From Lytechinus pictus (lineage: Eukaryota), in the NCBI RefSeq assembly GCF_037042905.1, contig NC_087245.1, positions 6,822,001 through 6,886,000 of the forward strand: a DNA stretch of 64,000 bases, given 5' to 3'. Positions 25,643 through 38,500 of this stretch are shown piece after piece; position 1 is the stretch's first letter, and every line of letters starts with the position of its first letter. The position numbers were made by a program, and so were the translations under genes. A model generated the notes under the pieces. It was not told the origin of the DNA and searched no databases. It saw only the letters and a program-made list of their open reading frames with translations.

Positions 25643-28422
25643 ACATTACAGTGGGCTGATGCACAAAGGTTTGGTTTTACGAGGGGAGTTGCAAATTATA
25701 TACATATATATTTTTTTGTATAAAGAAACTCCCCTTTAATACATAGTTTATAGCTTTAAGATTCGTGTTCAGATATACATGTACATCTTCATGAGGTGTA
25801 GTCTTTGACAGAATAAACCCCATTATGACAGAGGGCAGAAAACTAGGAAATAAAATGATCCCCCGGCCCTCAAAAATTTAATTGCGAGCAGCATTAGAAA
25901 AGAGTCAAAATTATTGAACACGAAATTCTCTTTTGCTATTTTTGTGATAAAGATCGAGTTCAATCACAATTAGTCACATCCCTCCCAAATAAAAAAAGCA
26001 GAGATGAATACGTTTTGTTCATTAACATACTAGCTAGTTATTTGTCTATTAGGTGTACAGTATCATACAGCTGGTAGTGATATTAATTCGTTCGAATTCC
26101 ATCAATCAGCACTGTAGTATATGATTGTGCAATGACTTCCGTTCATATTCCATTTACTATACTATAAAATAAAATGTGTGATTTTTCAATATCAAAACTT
26201 GACATTCTAAAGCACTTTTTGCAATAAAATAAACAGGATGGGTATCTAATCAAACATTAAATGCAAGCGCAATTTTTGTATATTTTGATACTGCTTCTGG
26301 AAAACGGACATTCTTTTTGTAATAAAGAACAGGATAGGTATCTAACCAAACAATTTATGGCAGCACCGCGGCACAAGTCCAGCCTCTCAGCTGGCCATAA
26401 TGGACTACAATGAACAAAAAAAAAATTTGTGTCGGAGCAAAGGACAAAGAAAGGAGGGAAACAATAAAGGAGTAAGAATCCATACAGCACTCAAGAGATG
26501 AATTATTGATCGTGCGCGGTTATCAACACAAAGAAACTAAAACGGCTTTAAAACACCAAAACAAAGAAAACTGATGGCCGGAAATGCATGTAAAATCGGA
26601 ACATACAGCCCTTCCGTCCCTCTATACTTCCCATTTCTGGGCCCATTTCCCAAACTGATTCACTGTGGGATCGTAAAGCCCAGTAGCTCCATGATTTAAT
26701 TTTGGTGGGGAGGGTATATATAGGCCTACTGAAGAGAGAGAATTCATTATTTGTTTGACAAAATAAGGAGGAAAAGCTATACCCTTCTTCCCTCCTCCTT
26801 TTAACGATTTTTTGGCGGCGACCGACTGACCCCTCCCCCCGTCTAGCCGCCTGTTAGACTCAGTTGTTTCACATCCACTGCGGGCCAAATTATCGGTGAA
26901 CGATTAATCCCTGGTTCCATAGGTCAAGACTACCAACAAAAATGGTTCAATTTAATGAAAATAGAAAATTATCAAACAAGAAGTGATTACCAGTAAAAGT
27001 TTAATAAAAAATCGGATGTAAAGTATTCAAGTTACAGAGGTTTTCAATTTATTTTCACAAATCAGTGATATTTCAAGTTTACTATATCGTCTAATTAACA
27101 CGAATAATGTAAAATGATTATGGAACATGCAAGATATTTTTCACAGGACCAAAACTCTGGAATTCTCTGGACAGAGTAACAAAAGAGGCAGCTAATCTGA
27201 ACCGATTTAAATTGCTCATTAAAAAAATTCTTCTGAATTCTTATCGATTCAATGAAATATTTAGTGATCTTCATACTTATCCACGGTAGTTGATTATTTT
27301 AAAGTCAATATTTAATTTTGTATATAGAGTGTTTATATCTATGTAAATTTATAGAATTTTGCTGATTATTTTTACTCTACTTTTATCATATTACCCTTGT
27401 TTAACATTTTGATAGGGGGTCTACATTGTACAAGCTTTGCTTTTTTAGTAGGCCCTCCACTTTTGTTCATTTAATTGGTACGATTCAATCCTGCATGTGT
27501 TATGCATTTTTTCATTGTAAAAATGATTTATTACGAAATGTACTTTGATGATTTGTGGAATATGAATAAATAAATATAAATAAAGATGTTCATAGTGTGA
27601 TTTTGTTATAAGAGCTTGTGTATATAGGGCTTGAGCCAAAGCTAATTGAAATCCATATATTTTGTTTATCAAACTGCATAAAAATTAAATTCAAAAGGAG
27701 CAGTGTGACGTTATAGGGCTATTTACAAATTGCGCTTAGGATAGGATGCCGCATATCACTTTTTTGTTTTAATTATCGAAATTTAAAAGTGCCGTAGCAA
27801 TTATTACATTCTCTAAGATTTTGATGAAAATAATTTGTTACATGATTGTATGTATATTCTGGAACAAAAACAATTATTGAGATTTTCAATAATTGTTTTT
27901 GTTCCAGAATAACGAATGTGAAATGTGTCCCTGGTATAAGGAGATGATTCTGAAAGTGTGTGTAAGGGGGGGGGGGGGGCTAACCATGCAGAAGAAAAAT
28001 CGTGTTTGTTCTGTCGTATACGTTTATTGAAAAAAAAAATGAGGGCTGAACTTTGGTGCTTGACAAATCATTGCTGTATAAGTCCAACCATTCAGGAGGA
28101 ACTTAAAAATTATAACATTTCTTAGTTCTTTTGTCATTTTCATGTTCACCACTTTACAAAGAAAGACCCCCACCGGAAAATAGGGTCCCTGTAAACTACA
28201 AAAAAGCCTTGGTTGTATACTGCCCCTATGTACATGCCTTACTATAAAGTGGATAATTACAAAATTGGGGGGGGGGGTCTTATCTAGTATGCTGTCATAT
28301 ACCCCGATTGAAACTTAAAGAAATGCATGAGTGTCGAGACAATGGCATTCGACCGAGCCTTTGATTCATAAAGATCTTCGTACAAAGCGGCGACTTTACG
28401 CACGACACATGACTGCTGTTAA

Positions 28423-29034
28423 AGGACAAGTCCACCCCAACAAAAAGTTGATTTGAAAAAAAAAAAATCCAACAGGCATAACATTGAAAATTTTAATCAA
28501 AATCGGATGTAAAATAAGAAAGTTATGACATTTTAAAGTTTCGCTTAATTTCACAAAACAGTTACTAGTATGCACATCCTGGCTGGTATGCAAATGAGGA
28601 GACTATGACGTCATCCACTCACTATTTCTTTTGTATTTTATTATATGAAATATTCTAATTTTCTCCTCATTGTCAAGTGATACAACGATTAATCCCTCCC
28701 TGAACATGTGGAATTAGCATCGTTTAATACTATATGGTTCAGTCAAGTTGGTCCTTATTGTCAAATCTATAAAAAATGAAATATATTATCATTCAAGCAA
28801 TAAAAAAGCAAAAGAAATAGTGAGTGATGGACATCATCGACTGACCATAGAGCTATTACAGATGGACTGACTCACCTAGTTGTGAATATCACTGTTTTGT
28901 GAAAAATAAGCGAAACTTTAAAATGTCATAACTTTCTTATTTTACATCTGATTTTGATGAAATTTTCAGCACTATGGTAGTTTGATTTTTCTTTATTTAT
29001 TCAAGTCAGCATTTTCCTGGGGTGGACTTGACCT
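28423..29034. mobile_element. TTAA-type (Kolobok-like) MITE family 1, copy 3
   Basis: TTAA|AGGACAAGTCCACCCCA...TGGGGTGGACTTGACCT|TTAA with long subterminal inverted repeats. Confidence 0.88.
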
Positions 29035-29811
29035 TTAATAAGGAACAGATAGCACCAAGAAGGTATCACCAATCGCATGTAAAGTCGTTCGTAAAATAAT
29101 TTGTTACCTGATATGAACAGCTTTATGAAACATCCCACTTGTCCTTCGAAGCGTCATGAGCGATATTGAGCCACAAATCTCATGTAGGTATATTTTTAAT
29201 GAGATTAAAATATTGATCCCCATGACATGCAATATTAATGAGTTAGGACACACATTTCCCTACGTTGGAAACGAAGAACAGATGGAAACTTTTGTGAACC
29301 CCACCTTCTCTTTTCCTTTCTCACACCCCTCACACTCATCACCTCTCGCCCCCCCCCCCCCTCTCTCTACCTCACTCGGCGCTTCGATTCTTACTCCATT
29401 TTTTTCTGTTCTTCTTCCTTTCCGTTACAATGGTTGCCCCCCCCCCCCCCCCCTGTCTATCATACACACCTCATATCTCCCTCTCTTCTAACTATCCACA
29501 TGTTTTACTTATCTATTTATACCCTTGTTTTCATTCCTATACCTTTTTTTTACAATATCAAAATAGTCTGAAACTAAAACCATTCACTCGTTCATTCATT
29601 CATATTGAGAGGGCGCTCTTTAGCATTATCTAAACAAGAGAAGAGAGTACTCGTACCTTGTTCATTCTCGAAGAAGTATACATTCTTTTAGACTCTTTTA
29701 CTTGGCCCAGTACCTATACGAGAAACGGTCTATGTTCAAGATGTATAATTATTGTAGGGTCAGTTAATTAAAGGTGTCGGTTGCCAGGGGGGCAAGAACA
29801 ATAATGGACAG

Positions 29812-31320
29812 GCAGTGGTGTAATAAGGTAAAAATTGTGAGGGGGCCATATATTGTGTATTATATAGGCAGTATATATACAGCAAAAAAAAGCGAGCGAG
29901 CAAAAATTTCGACATTTTTATTACAAGAATTCAATTTTGTGATAGATTTTTACATAATATTCAGGAGATAATGTCATAGTTCACCCTTTTCCCTTTCCCT
30001 TTTTTTCTTGGTCTGTACGCCACTGTGAACAGGATTTTTTTTTATATTGTTGGCGAGCATACGGGCGAAGCTCTTTGCGGCAGTATAGCGTAAGTGAGAG
30101 AGAAAAAAAAGAGGGGCACAGTATGGCGCGTTTGGCAAAATTTTACTTAATATAGGTCCCGAGCGAACGAAGCGAGCGAGAAAAAAAATCACTTTTTCAT
30201 GAAAATCTAATTTTGAGACATACTTTGACATGATATTCAGAAAAAAAAAACATATCTTACACAACGTCCTTCGTCCTTTGCTTTTCTTCCATCCTTTTCG
30301 TTTTTGTTCTTGGATGTAGAACTTCTGGGGCCCATGGTCCAAACCTTTCCACCTCTATTCGAGTGGGGTCCGGGGCGGAACCTTATAGATGGCCGCTATT
30401 TTTAATCAAATTGCGCATATATACAGTATGTATGGTTTTTACACAACACATTAATTCAACGCTGTTGCGTAATAAACCAAATATTTTGAGAGTGCACAAC
30501 ATAACAAATGTGTAAAAATTTGTAAAAAGTCGCCAGCGAGCAAAGCAACTAGAAAAAAAAGGTCTTTTGAAATGAAATTCTACAGCAAATGACATATTTA
30601 ATTATTTTCTATTCATGTTATTCCGTTGCCTCCTTTATGTTCTTTTATTTCCTCTTGGTTGTAGAACCATGCATGTCAGATAGCGCCCCTCCCCCGTAGG
30701 CCTATACGCCTATACGCCAGTGCTTAACGTAAAGCTTTATTTGCAGGAAGGGTCCATACAGGGGCCGTTATAGAGCTCTGTGAAGGTTACATATGAAGAG
30801 CCCCTACTGCATGGGGTCTGGGAAAGCTACCATAGGGGCATCGTATAAAGGGGGGATATGCCACTTTGTGCCACTTTGTCTCTTGGCTACTTTTTTGCAC
30901 TAATTGTGACCGTTATTGTATAAATTTAGCAAGCTTATTATATACTTTATACACAATGTTATATGCCATCCATCATTCCTCCCGTTCTTTTTTTTTAATC
31001 CTCGGCAGCCCGGCCGTGTTTTAAGTTCTTCTCTTTTTTTTTTTGGGGGGGGTCCCTTTTTTTCATTTTCCAATTGAGCTTTTGGCTCTTTCAATTCTGC
31101 CTTCATTTCTCGCTTTTGTTTGCTATCTTGTCATCTTTTATTCTATTTTCCCTTTCTTTCATGTTCTTTCTTACATGTTCTTCTTTTCTTTCTTTTCCAG
31201 CTTCCCTTCCGTTTTCCCTTTATATATTTCTCTTAGTTTTGTTCACTCTTTTCCCTTCCCCTTCCCCCTTTTCCTTTCCGCCCTTTATTCCCTTTTCTTT
31301 CTTTCTCCCTTCCCTGAGCA
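29812..31320 (+). repeat. About 1.5-kb composite dispersed repeat, copy 2
   Basis: Collinear with 18420-19885. Confidence 0.7.
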
Positions 31321-32029
31321 TTATTTAAATTGTAAGCTCCCATGCACTGAGCTCCTAAAACTGACATTTGTTATAGACGCAAATTATAATAATGATAAAT
31401 TCAATATTCATCATTAGCGATCAGTAACAAACCTCGTATAAGGGTTATACCGGGGTATATATACCAGAGGAGGTGGCAAGACGATCGGATCCAAAAGTGG
31501 CGTTGTTTTCCAAATAACGATATTATAGAAATATGACCCAAAACTATCCTTGACATTTTCTTCTGTATATTACTTTTTTCCCGCTTTCCCTTTTTTCTAT
31601 TTTAAATCAAGAGATAGACACCTCAAATATTGCTTCGTGCGCATCATACAGAACCGACCGATGGTATACTCATAATGTATAATTATAAAAAGTACAAGAA
31701 TATTCCTCATTTCATGGATGTGCAATATGATTATTATCTTTTTTAAATCTAAATTTCTAATTATTATCTAAATTTGTAATCGATTTCGATTTTGATATCT
31801 ATTTCTTGATTATATAAAACAAATTTTGTTTCCTTTTATCTCTTTCTAATCATTATTCTTTTCTTCATCTTCTCACTTCAGATTTTTATTCATGCACTTT
31901 ATTTGTTTCTCTTCTCTTTCACTCTTTTTTGCCAATATCGTTTTTTCTTTATGTTCGGTAAACTCCTTATGTACTACCAGTTTATACGCACCTGTACAAA
32001 TTAATAAAATCAATTATTGTAATTAAATC

Positions 32030-32190
32030 AATACCACCATCACCATTATCATCATCACCATCGTCATCATTAGTATTAGTAGGAGTAGTAGTAAGCAGTA
32101 GTAGTATATTATTAGTAGCAGCAGCAGCAGTAGTAGCAGTTGTTGTTGTTGTAGTTGTTGTTGTAGAAGAATCACCATCATTATCATTGT
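32030..32190. repeat. Compound trinucleotide repeat (CAT/TAG/CAG/TTG)
   Basis: Direct reading. Confidence 0.9.
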
Positions 32191-32275
32191 ATGCATGCAT
32201 GGTATGGGTATCTAATGGCTTATAACAATGATAAAAATGGAAAATATGCATTTAACAAAAAAATTGTTTACTTAC

Positions 32276-32469
32276 CTGTGCGAGTTAGGTATTGCTGCAC
32301 TTCTTCTAATAGAAGTATTCCAACAGAACTGAACACATATGAAAGAAAGTATAAATTTATATAATGCTCTAGTGTTTTTCAAATATTCTGAGAACGCAAA
32401 TAGATGGCCCTTTCAAGACGTCACGCCTGTCACCCACGTACAGGCTGTTTGTTTGAGTAGCTATTTATA
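32276..32469 (-). promoter_or_regulatory. TATA box plus candidate non-coding first exon (distal promoter, possibly of gene A)
   Basis: TATAAATA at 32469-32462 (minus), TGACGTC near 32420, consensus donor CAG|GTAAGT at 32275. Confidence 0.4.
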
Positions 32470-32645
32470 CAGAGAAGCAAACTGCATTATTCGCTCCAAG
32501 GATTTCCTTTTTCAGTTCTTTAAGAGAGCATGCTGGTAATGTGTCTCAATAACCTCGTTCAGACGTAGGCATTTTTGGTCGAAGTTAGGTCAGAAGGGTC
32601 GGAGGAAGCCTAGTGAGTCGGGGTATGGTCGGAGGAAAGGTCAGA

Positions 32646-33618
32646 GTAGTGCCCGTTTGGACAGAGGCCGTGGTAAATCACTCCGACCTTCCTCCGACCA
32701 ACTCGTTCCAATCGTAGTAAAATTTTATAACGCATGGATTAAACATATGATCTTATCAAGACCCGGTGTCCACACGACCAGTCACGAAAGAAACTCCGAC
32801 TACACAGGGACCTATCTACGGAGGATTAGTCTATTGTTACTGGGGGCCATTGTCACAGCACCCCCAGTAACAAGAGATAATCCTCCGTGGCCAGGTCCAT
32901 CGACTACATGAAGTCCAACGAAGGGGCCCTCGCTGGGGGGGGGGGGGGGGGTCAGAGTAACTTCCGGAAGTGATTCAGGCTCTCGCCATGGCTATCCTTG
33001 GTCTCCTATTTTCCTCGATTCAGCCCGCGTTCCTTTCCGTCTCTAAATTTCTTCTCTATTATCTTAATTATATCAGTATTATACACGTACAACCGAGCTT
33101 TCTACTTCGAACCGCACTGCGCATGTACTACTCAAAATGTAAACATGGCCGACAGAAGTTTTACGCGAGGTCGAGAGCCTAGATCGGGGTGATAGATATT
33201 CCAAGTGCAGCTACTAGATATATTCCCAGGGCAGTCTGAATACCAGCTAGTCGTGATAGCGAGATAATCCAGACCAAAAAAAAAGGAGTTTCTTGGTCAG
33301 ACTCCTCATGGTCCACGATGCGATTTTGGAACTAGCATTTTGAAACTCCGACTACATGAAGTTTACCACGACCTTCGCAGGGGGCATCGCGGGAGGTCAG
33401 AGTAACTTCTGGAAATGGATTCAGGCTCTCGCAAAATGGCTATTAAAGCCTGCCTTTGGTCTCCTTTTCTTCCGATTCACCCACGTTTCTTTCCGTCACC
33501 AAATTTCTTCTCCATAATAAGGATGATAACTGTCTTAATGTCTTATAACTGTCTTCTAAAACCGGGCCGCAGACCAATCGTAAGTTGTGAGGTGGCTCTT
33601 TCCAGACGGGCACCGTAA
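32646..33618. mobile_element. Probable non-autonomous DNA element with internal duplication
   Basis: Imperfect IR GTGCCCGTTTGGACAGAG / CTCTTTCCAGACGGGCAC; duplicated block about 32900-33060 vs 33350-33530. Confidence 0.45.
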
Positions 33619-33926
33619 GCAGGTAAGGAGATCTAACAAATATCATACCTTGACCCTAAGCTGCATTGTAATTTGCCCATTTTATTGTAATATAACCGTT
33701 TATTGTACGACGTCCATGCGCTAATCATACCCCCAATACTGATTACACGATGCCGCTACGATGCGATAGTGATGCGACTTTACGTTTGTTAAAGAAATAT
33801 AGTTCACATATTCACTAAAAAAAGGTGGATATTACGGTGACCGTTAATACGTACGAACGAAGTCATAAGCACGATACGGCTATATACACTTAGCAGATCG
33901 TACATGATCATCGTACGATGATATAC

Positions 33927-34192
33927 AAGCGTTTTGGCTCAGTGGATAAGTCTCTGGACTTTGAACCACGAGGTCCGGGGTTCAAGTCCCACCACAGCAT
34001 TGGGGTCCTTTGGCAAGGCGTTTATCTATATTTGCCACTCTTCACCCAGGTGTAGTAAATGGGTACCCGGTAGGAAGGAATTCATTGAATGCTCGTGCGC
34101 CCGATCAGGGTAGCCGAGCTAAAGCCGGGGCAATAGTATGCAGCGCTTAGAAAATTTGTACTAAGCGCTATGCGAATGTTGCATAATATTAT
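33927..34192 (+). mobile_element. tRNA-derived SINE with L2-like 3' tail
   Basis: TGGCTCAGTGG A box, GGTTCAAGTCC B box, CCTTTGGCAAGGC...CACCCAGGTGTAGTAAATGGGTACC core, 3' GCGCTTAG...AAGCGCTAT tail. Confidence 0.85.
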
Positions 34193-35214
34193 GATCGCAT
34201 ACCGAATCGGGAAGTAGAAAAAAATGTTTACATGAATTCTACATATACACTCTGCTCTCCCCCCCCCCCCTCCCTCTCTCTCTCTCACTCACATACACAC
34301 ACACTCATTCACCACTCCACCCTTAATTTAATTACCGAGGCAACTTCACACACATCCCCACACGGATCGCCAGTAGTAGACTGTACTGTAAGCTCATCAG
34401 TATTTTGCACGATATTTCAGTATCTTTTCAGTATGTGATTATGGAAATGTAAATTAAATGTTTAAGTTGCGCTTTATCGCATAAAAATGACAAACAGCAA
34501 TAACAACTTATTGCTTTTTGATTTATAAAAAAAAAATTATTGCATTTTCATTGAAAAAATCCAGATGAGTACTCCAAGGTATTGTATGTTTAAAAGTTCA
34601 GGACAAGGTAAAACAGAATGAAGTGTTGCAGCATACATTAATCGATTGCAGTTTATACATTGCGATTCATTATTTACAAACAATAATTTATAAGATAGTA
34701 GTGTATACATGAACACTCATATTGATTATCATAGCGTATCGTTGTTATACCGCACACTTATATTTTGAAAGTTACGATGCGGAACTGTTAACCTGTATTA
34801 TCCAGACTCGCATTAAAGAGTCGGGGGAGTTTCATGAAAGTACAAACACTGACTAAATCGTCACCTCTATTGTTGTGAAATCCTTTATTTGGTTTTGATT
34901 GGCTGGGAAGCACGCGGGGGAAGCATTGGTCTCTGAATGTTGTATGGTAATTGACACTGGTCAGAGCTGAAAAAGCCTCATGAAATGGTATCATGGTGTT
35001 AACCGACTGACGATCAGTCAGTCGGTAAGATAGGAAGAGTCTATTTTAAATTGCTGAGCATAACGAACATAATTATACATGCAAGCCGACTTAAAGTTGA
35101 AAAAAAATATAGTAACTTAATGGAGAGTATTCCTTTTTTATTTCAGTTTGTGAGAGGATTCACTAACGCAGCACTATTTCAAAGAGTCCGTTAATGATGC
35201 AAATGACGCAGTCA

Positions 35215-35534
35215 TCACGGCGTGGGTGTCTTTGAATATGAAGTGGTTTGGCTTGTAAGAAATGCTTGTGAATTCTCCTCGATCCCTTCTTCATGTTCTT
35301 CTATTCCTTCTTCCTCTTCTTGAATCTCATTCCCTTGTGGTACATAAGTCATTAGTGAGAGAATCATGAAGATGAGAGATAAACATCGGCATATGACTGT
35401 CACGATGAAGAATATTTTGCTGAATTCTTGGTTGTCGTAGAGCCAACAGCTTCGAGATCCGTCGCAGTTGCTTTCCCATACTAAACAGACTCTGTCGATG
35501 AGGGCGCCTAGTATAATTGGTCCTGGGACGGTGC
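35215..35534 (-). CDS. Gene B last coding exon
   Basis: TVPGPIILGALIDRVCLVWESNCDGSRSCWLYDN..., acidic tail, stop. Confidence 0.95.
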
Positions 35535-38500
35535 CTATTTCATGTAAAAGAAAATAAAATGCATATTCATAAAATGCATATCAGGTGTCATTATGTTATT
35601 GATGAATAAGGAGTAAAGTCTGCTAATTAAAGTCACATATAATAATAATGCGATTTAGTCTTTGAGAGTCATAACAACGCGAATATTACGCCTAGTTTAA
35701 CCGTGAACATGATGAAACATATTCAATAAGAAGCGTCTCAAGTAGACGATGACGGGAAGACAGAATAAAAAAGGGTCCCAATTTTTGGAGGTGGGAATTA
35801 TCAATTTAATTAAAATTTGAATAAAATCATCCTCCACATTTTTCAAGGTTTCGTTTATACTCATTAAAAGGGGGAGAACGACCTCTAATTTTGGTACAAA
35901 TCTGCCTTAGTAACGCACGAAGATTTTCTTTTTCTTCTTTAGTCACCACCAATCTGCTCCAGCCTTTTACTGGCACTAAATTTACACTATTTCTTTTAAA
36001 AAGAAACATATAGACGAAACCTTTAAGCCTCTTTGTGGAAATATAAAACGTATTAATTATTTCTTTCACTGATAATCCCCACTTCAAAAATCATTTTTTT
36101 AGACCTTTCCTTCGGTCAAGTCTGGTCATATTTTGTTCTCAGGAGTAAACAAGTGTCTAGCCTTCCCTTTCAAAATGTTCGACAACGCTATGGCTATGAA
36201 TTGAATATAACAATACACCGATTGACTCGTATTTTGTGCAGGAGTTGACAAAGGATGTTGACCAGGAAAGGGAAGGGTCAGAAATAAGGGGGAGGGGAGA
36301 GGAACAAATATTGACCCCACCGACGATCAATATAAGTTGTGAAATCTTTCGAATTTGCCTAAAATGGTACCTGAAACTCTTATTTTTTCTGGTTCTTCCT
36401 CATTGTGCTACAGGCTAACCATATACTATACAAAGTCAAAATAAATGGCGTAGCATATTTTGATAAAATATCAAATCTTCCTTATTGGGAGTTGTAAGGG
36501 AATCTCACTCCATCTTAACTGCAATTACCAATTACATTTATGTTCAAATGCATTTTAACAAATCTAGAAAAAAAAAAATCTTGTTCTGTCGCTATGCTAT
36601 TTCACATAAATAATTTCTATCCAGGATTGACGTCACTGAAAATAGATGGCCACACCCCTGGTCATTATTATGCTTTAAACATTCTTACCTAGTAGTCGAT
36701 AAATGAATGATTGTATTCCTAGACCATAAGCTCGTTGAGAATGAGAAACAGATCTGTCAACAAATAAATAGCAATGTTCACAATTATAACACTCGAACGA
36801 ACAATGATTTTCATTTATTTAAAGTTTCTTCAACCTTCACAAAAAATAATTCCGCTTTAGTTTTCCCACCGTTTGGAATTCCATACCTCGTAACACAGGG
36901 GCCGCGGAACCGTGTACAAAAACGTAAAAATGACCATATGATTGTGATTTTTAGCATGGTCAGCCCCCCCACTTTGAAAACCGTTCCGCGGCCCCTGTAA
37001 CATACGATCATACACAAATTTAAATTTATTTAAAAGATGTCTTAAAAATTCCCTCGTGTCCAAGTACTAATTATTTTGCTCCCCCTATTTTACATGCTTT
37101 TGATGTCATCCTACGTTATTATAATGATATAGATATGCCTGTGTAATATAGATTATAATTTCTTTTGAGAACTTCTTCTCACAAGGCCTCTGTGCTTTTC
37201 TTCTCAAGTTCTCTTTCTTTTAATTATGATATTTAATCAAGGCAATGTTTTTTTTATCTATGAAATGATTTACTCTGTATCATTGTATGCATTTCTAATT
37301 TTTTGCATTTTACATGATTTTTAACCTTTTTGAATTTGAATGAATAAAGAATTGATTGATTGAACAAATGATAGAATTATCGAACACAAATTAAGGAATG
37401 AAAAACGCGTAACGAAAATTACTCTTTTAAAGAGGTATTATCAAAGCTGAATCACAATTCTTATTCAACATGCTCAAATTGTATCGGAGCAGAGTTGTGC
37501 ACCAATTGATGACATTGCAATTTCTACTCCATGGGCCCTTCTATCCAGTATCTATGTCTTTTCCTTTCAGACAATGCTTATAAAATTTTGTTAGGAATCA
37601 AATTCTCACTATGAGATGTAATTACACTTAAAATTCCGACTTCTTTACGAAAGATGGAAATATGGAGCATCTATCCTGTCAAGTTCATCCAGTAGGAGCG
37701 AAGAAATTTATTGATGGCCATAGCGTGGAAAAAATTAGAAGTCTCGAGCGAGCGAAGCGAGCGACTAAATTTTGTATCCTTTTTAATGAAATTCTAATTT
37801 TGTGATTCAATGTTCAGAAAATTAGGTCTACACATCTCGCCTTCTTCAATTCCTTGTATTTTTATTTTACCGTTCTCCTTTTTTCTTTGCTTTCCTTTTC
37901 CCCGCTCTCTTTTCTTTTTTCCTTGGTCGTGGGCCCATGCACAAGCCCGCAATCCGTACGTCAATGACTCCACCCTTTGCCCTCCCTATACTCACCTCAT
38001 TGTGGCGAGAATAGACGGTACGAGAGCCAGAAATGTGAAGCCCAATGCAAAGAAAAGTCCAGCCATAAACAAAGGTTTCTTGTCACAAAACTCGTCTTCA
38101 CATAAACCTAAGACTGCTGAACCAGAATACTCTGTGTGGTTGATACTATCTTGGATGCATTTACAATCTTGATATACCTGTTAGAGAGAGGATGGGGCTG
38201 GATGAACATTGTCTTTGACATGTTAGGGGCATGGTGATGAGGTATATAGAGGAATACATCCCGAATTCATTCATTAGATAATTGAAAATGTATAATACAA
38301 ACACCGGCATTCTTAGATATGAAAAGCTACTGATAGATCATTTGATCAGGAACTATTAATATAGCTTAAATTGACCTCTAAAACCTATACTCCATGAATA
38401 TTAACAGATGGATTAACCACAACAACTATACCAACGCAAGAAAGCTCTAAAGTGCTTAGATGTCGAGATGTTTCGTCTAAGTCACGTGATAATCACTTGT

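Noticed and set aside
22986..26490. Two ORFs sharing GAAINCLVRYLSCSLLQKECPFSR
   Set aside because: An 85-bp unit of the same dispersed tandem-repeat family, not duplicated exons
31982..32251. Poly-Thr/Ala/Asp ORF
   Set aside because: Compound trinucleotide repeat
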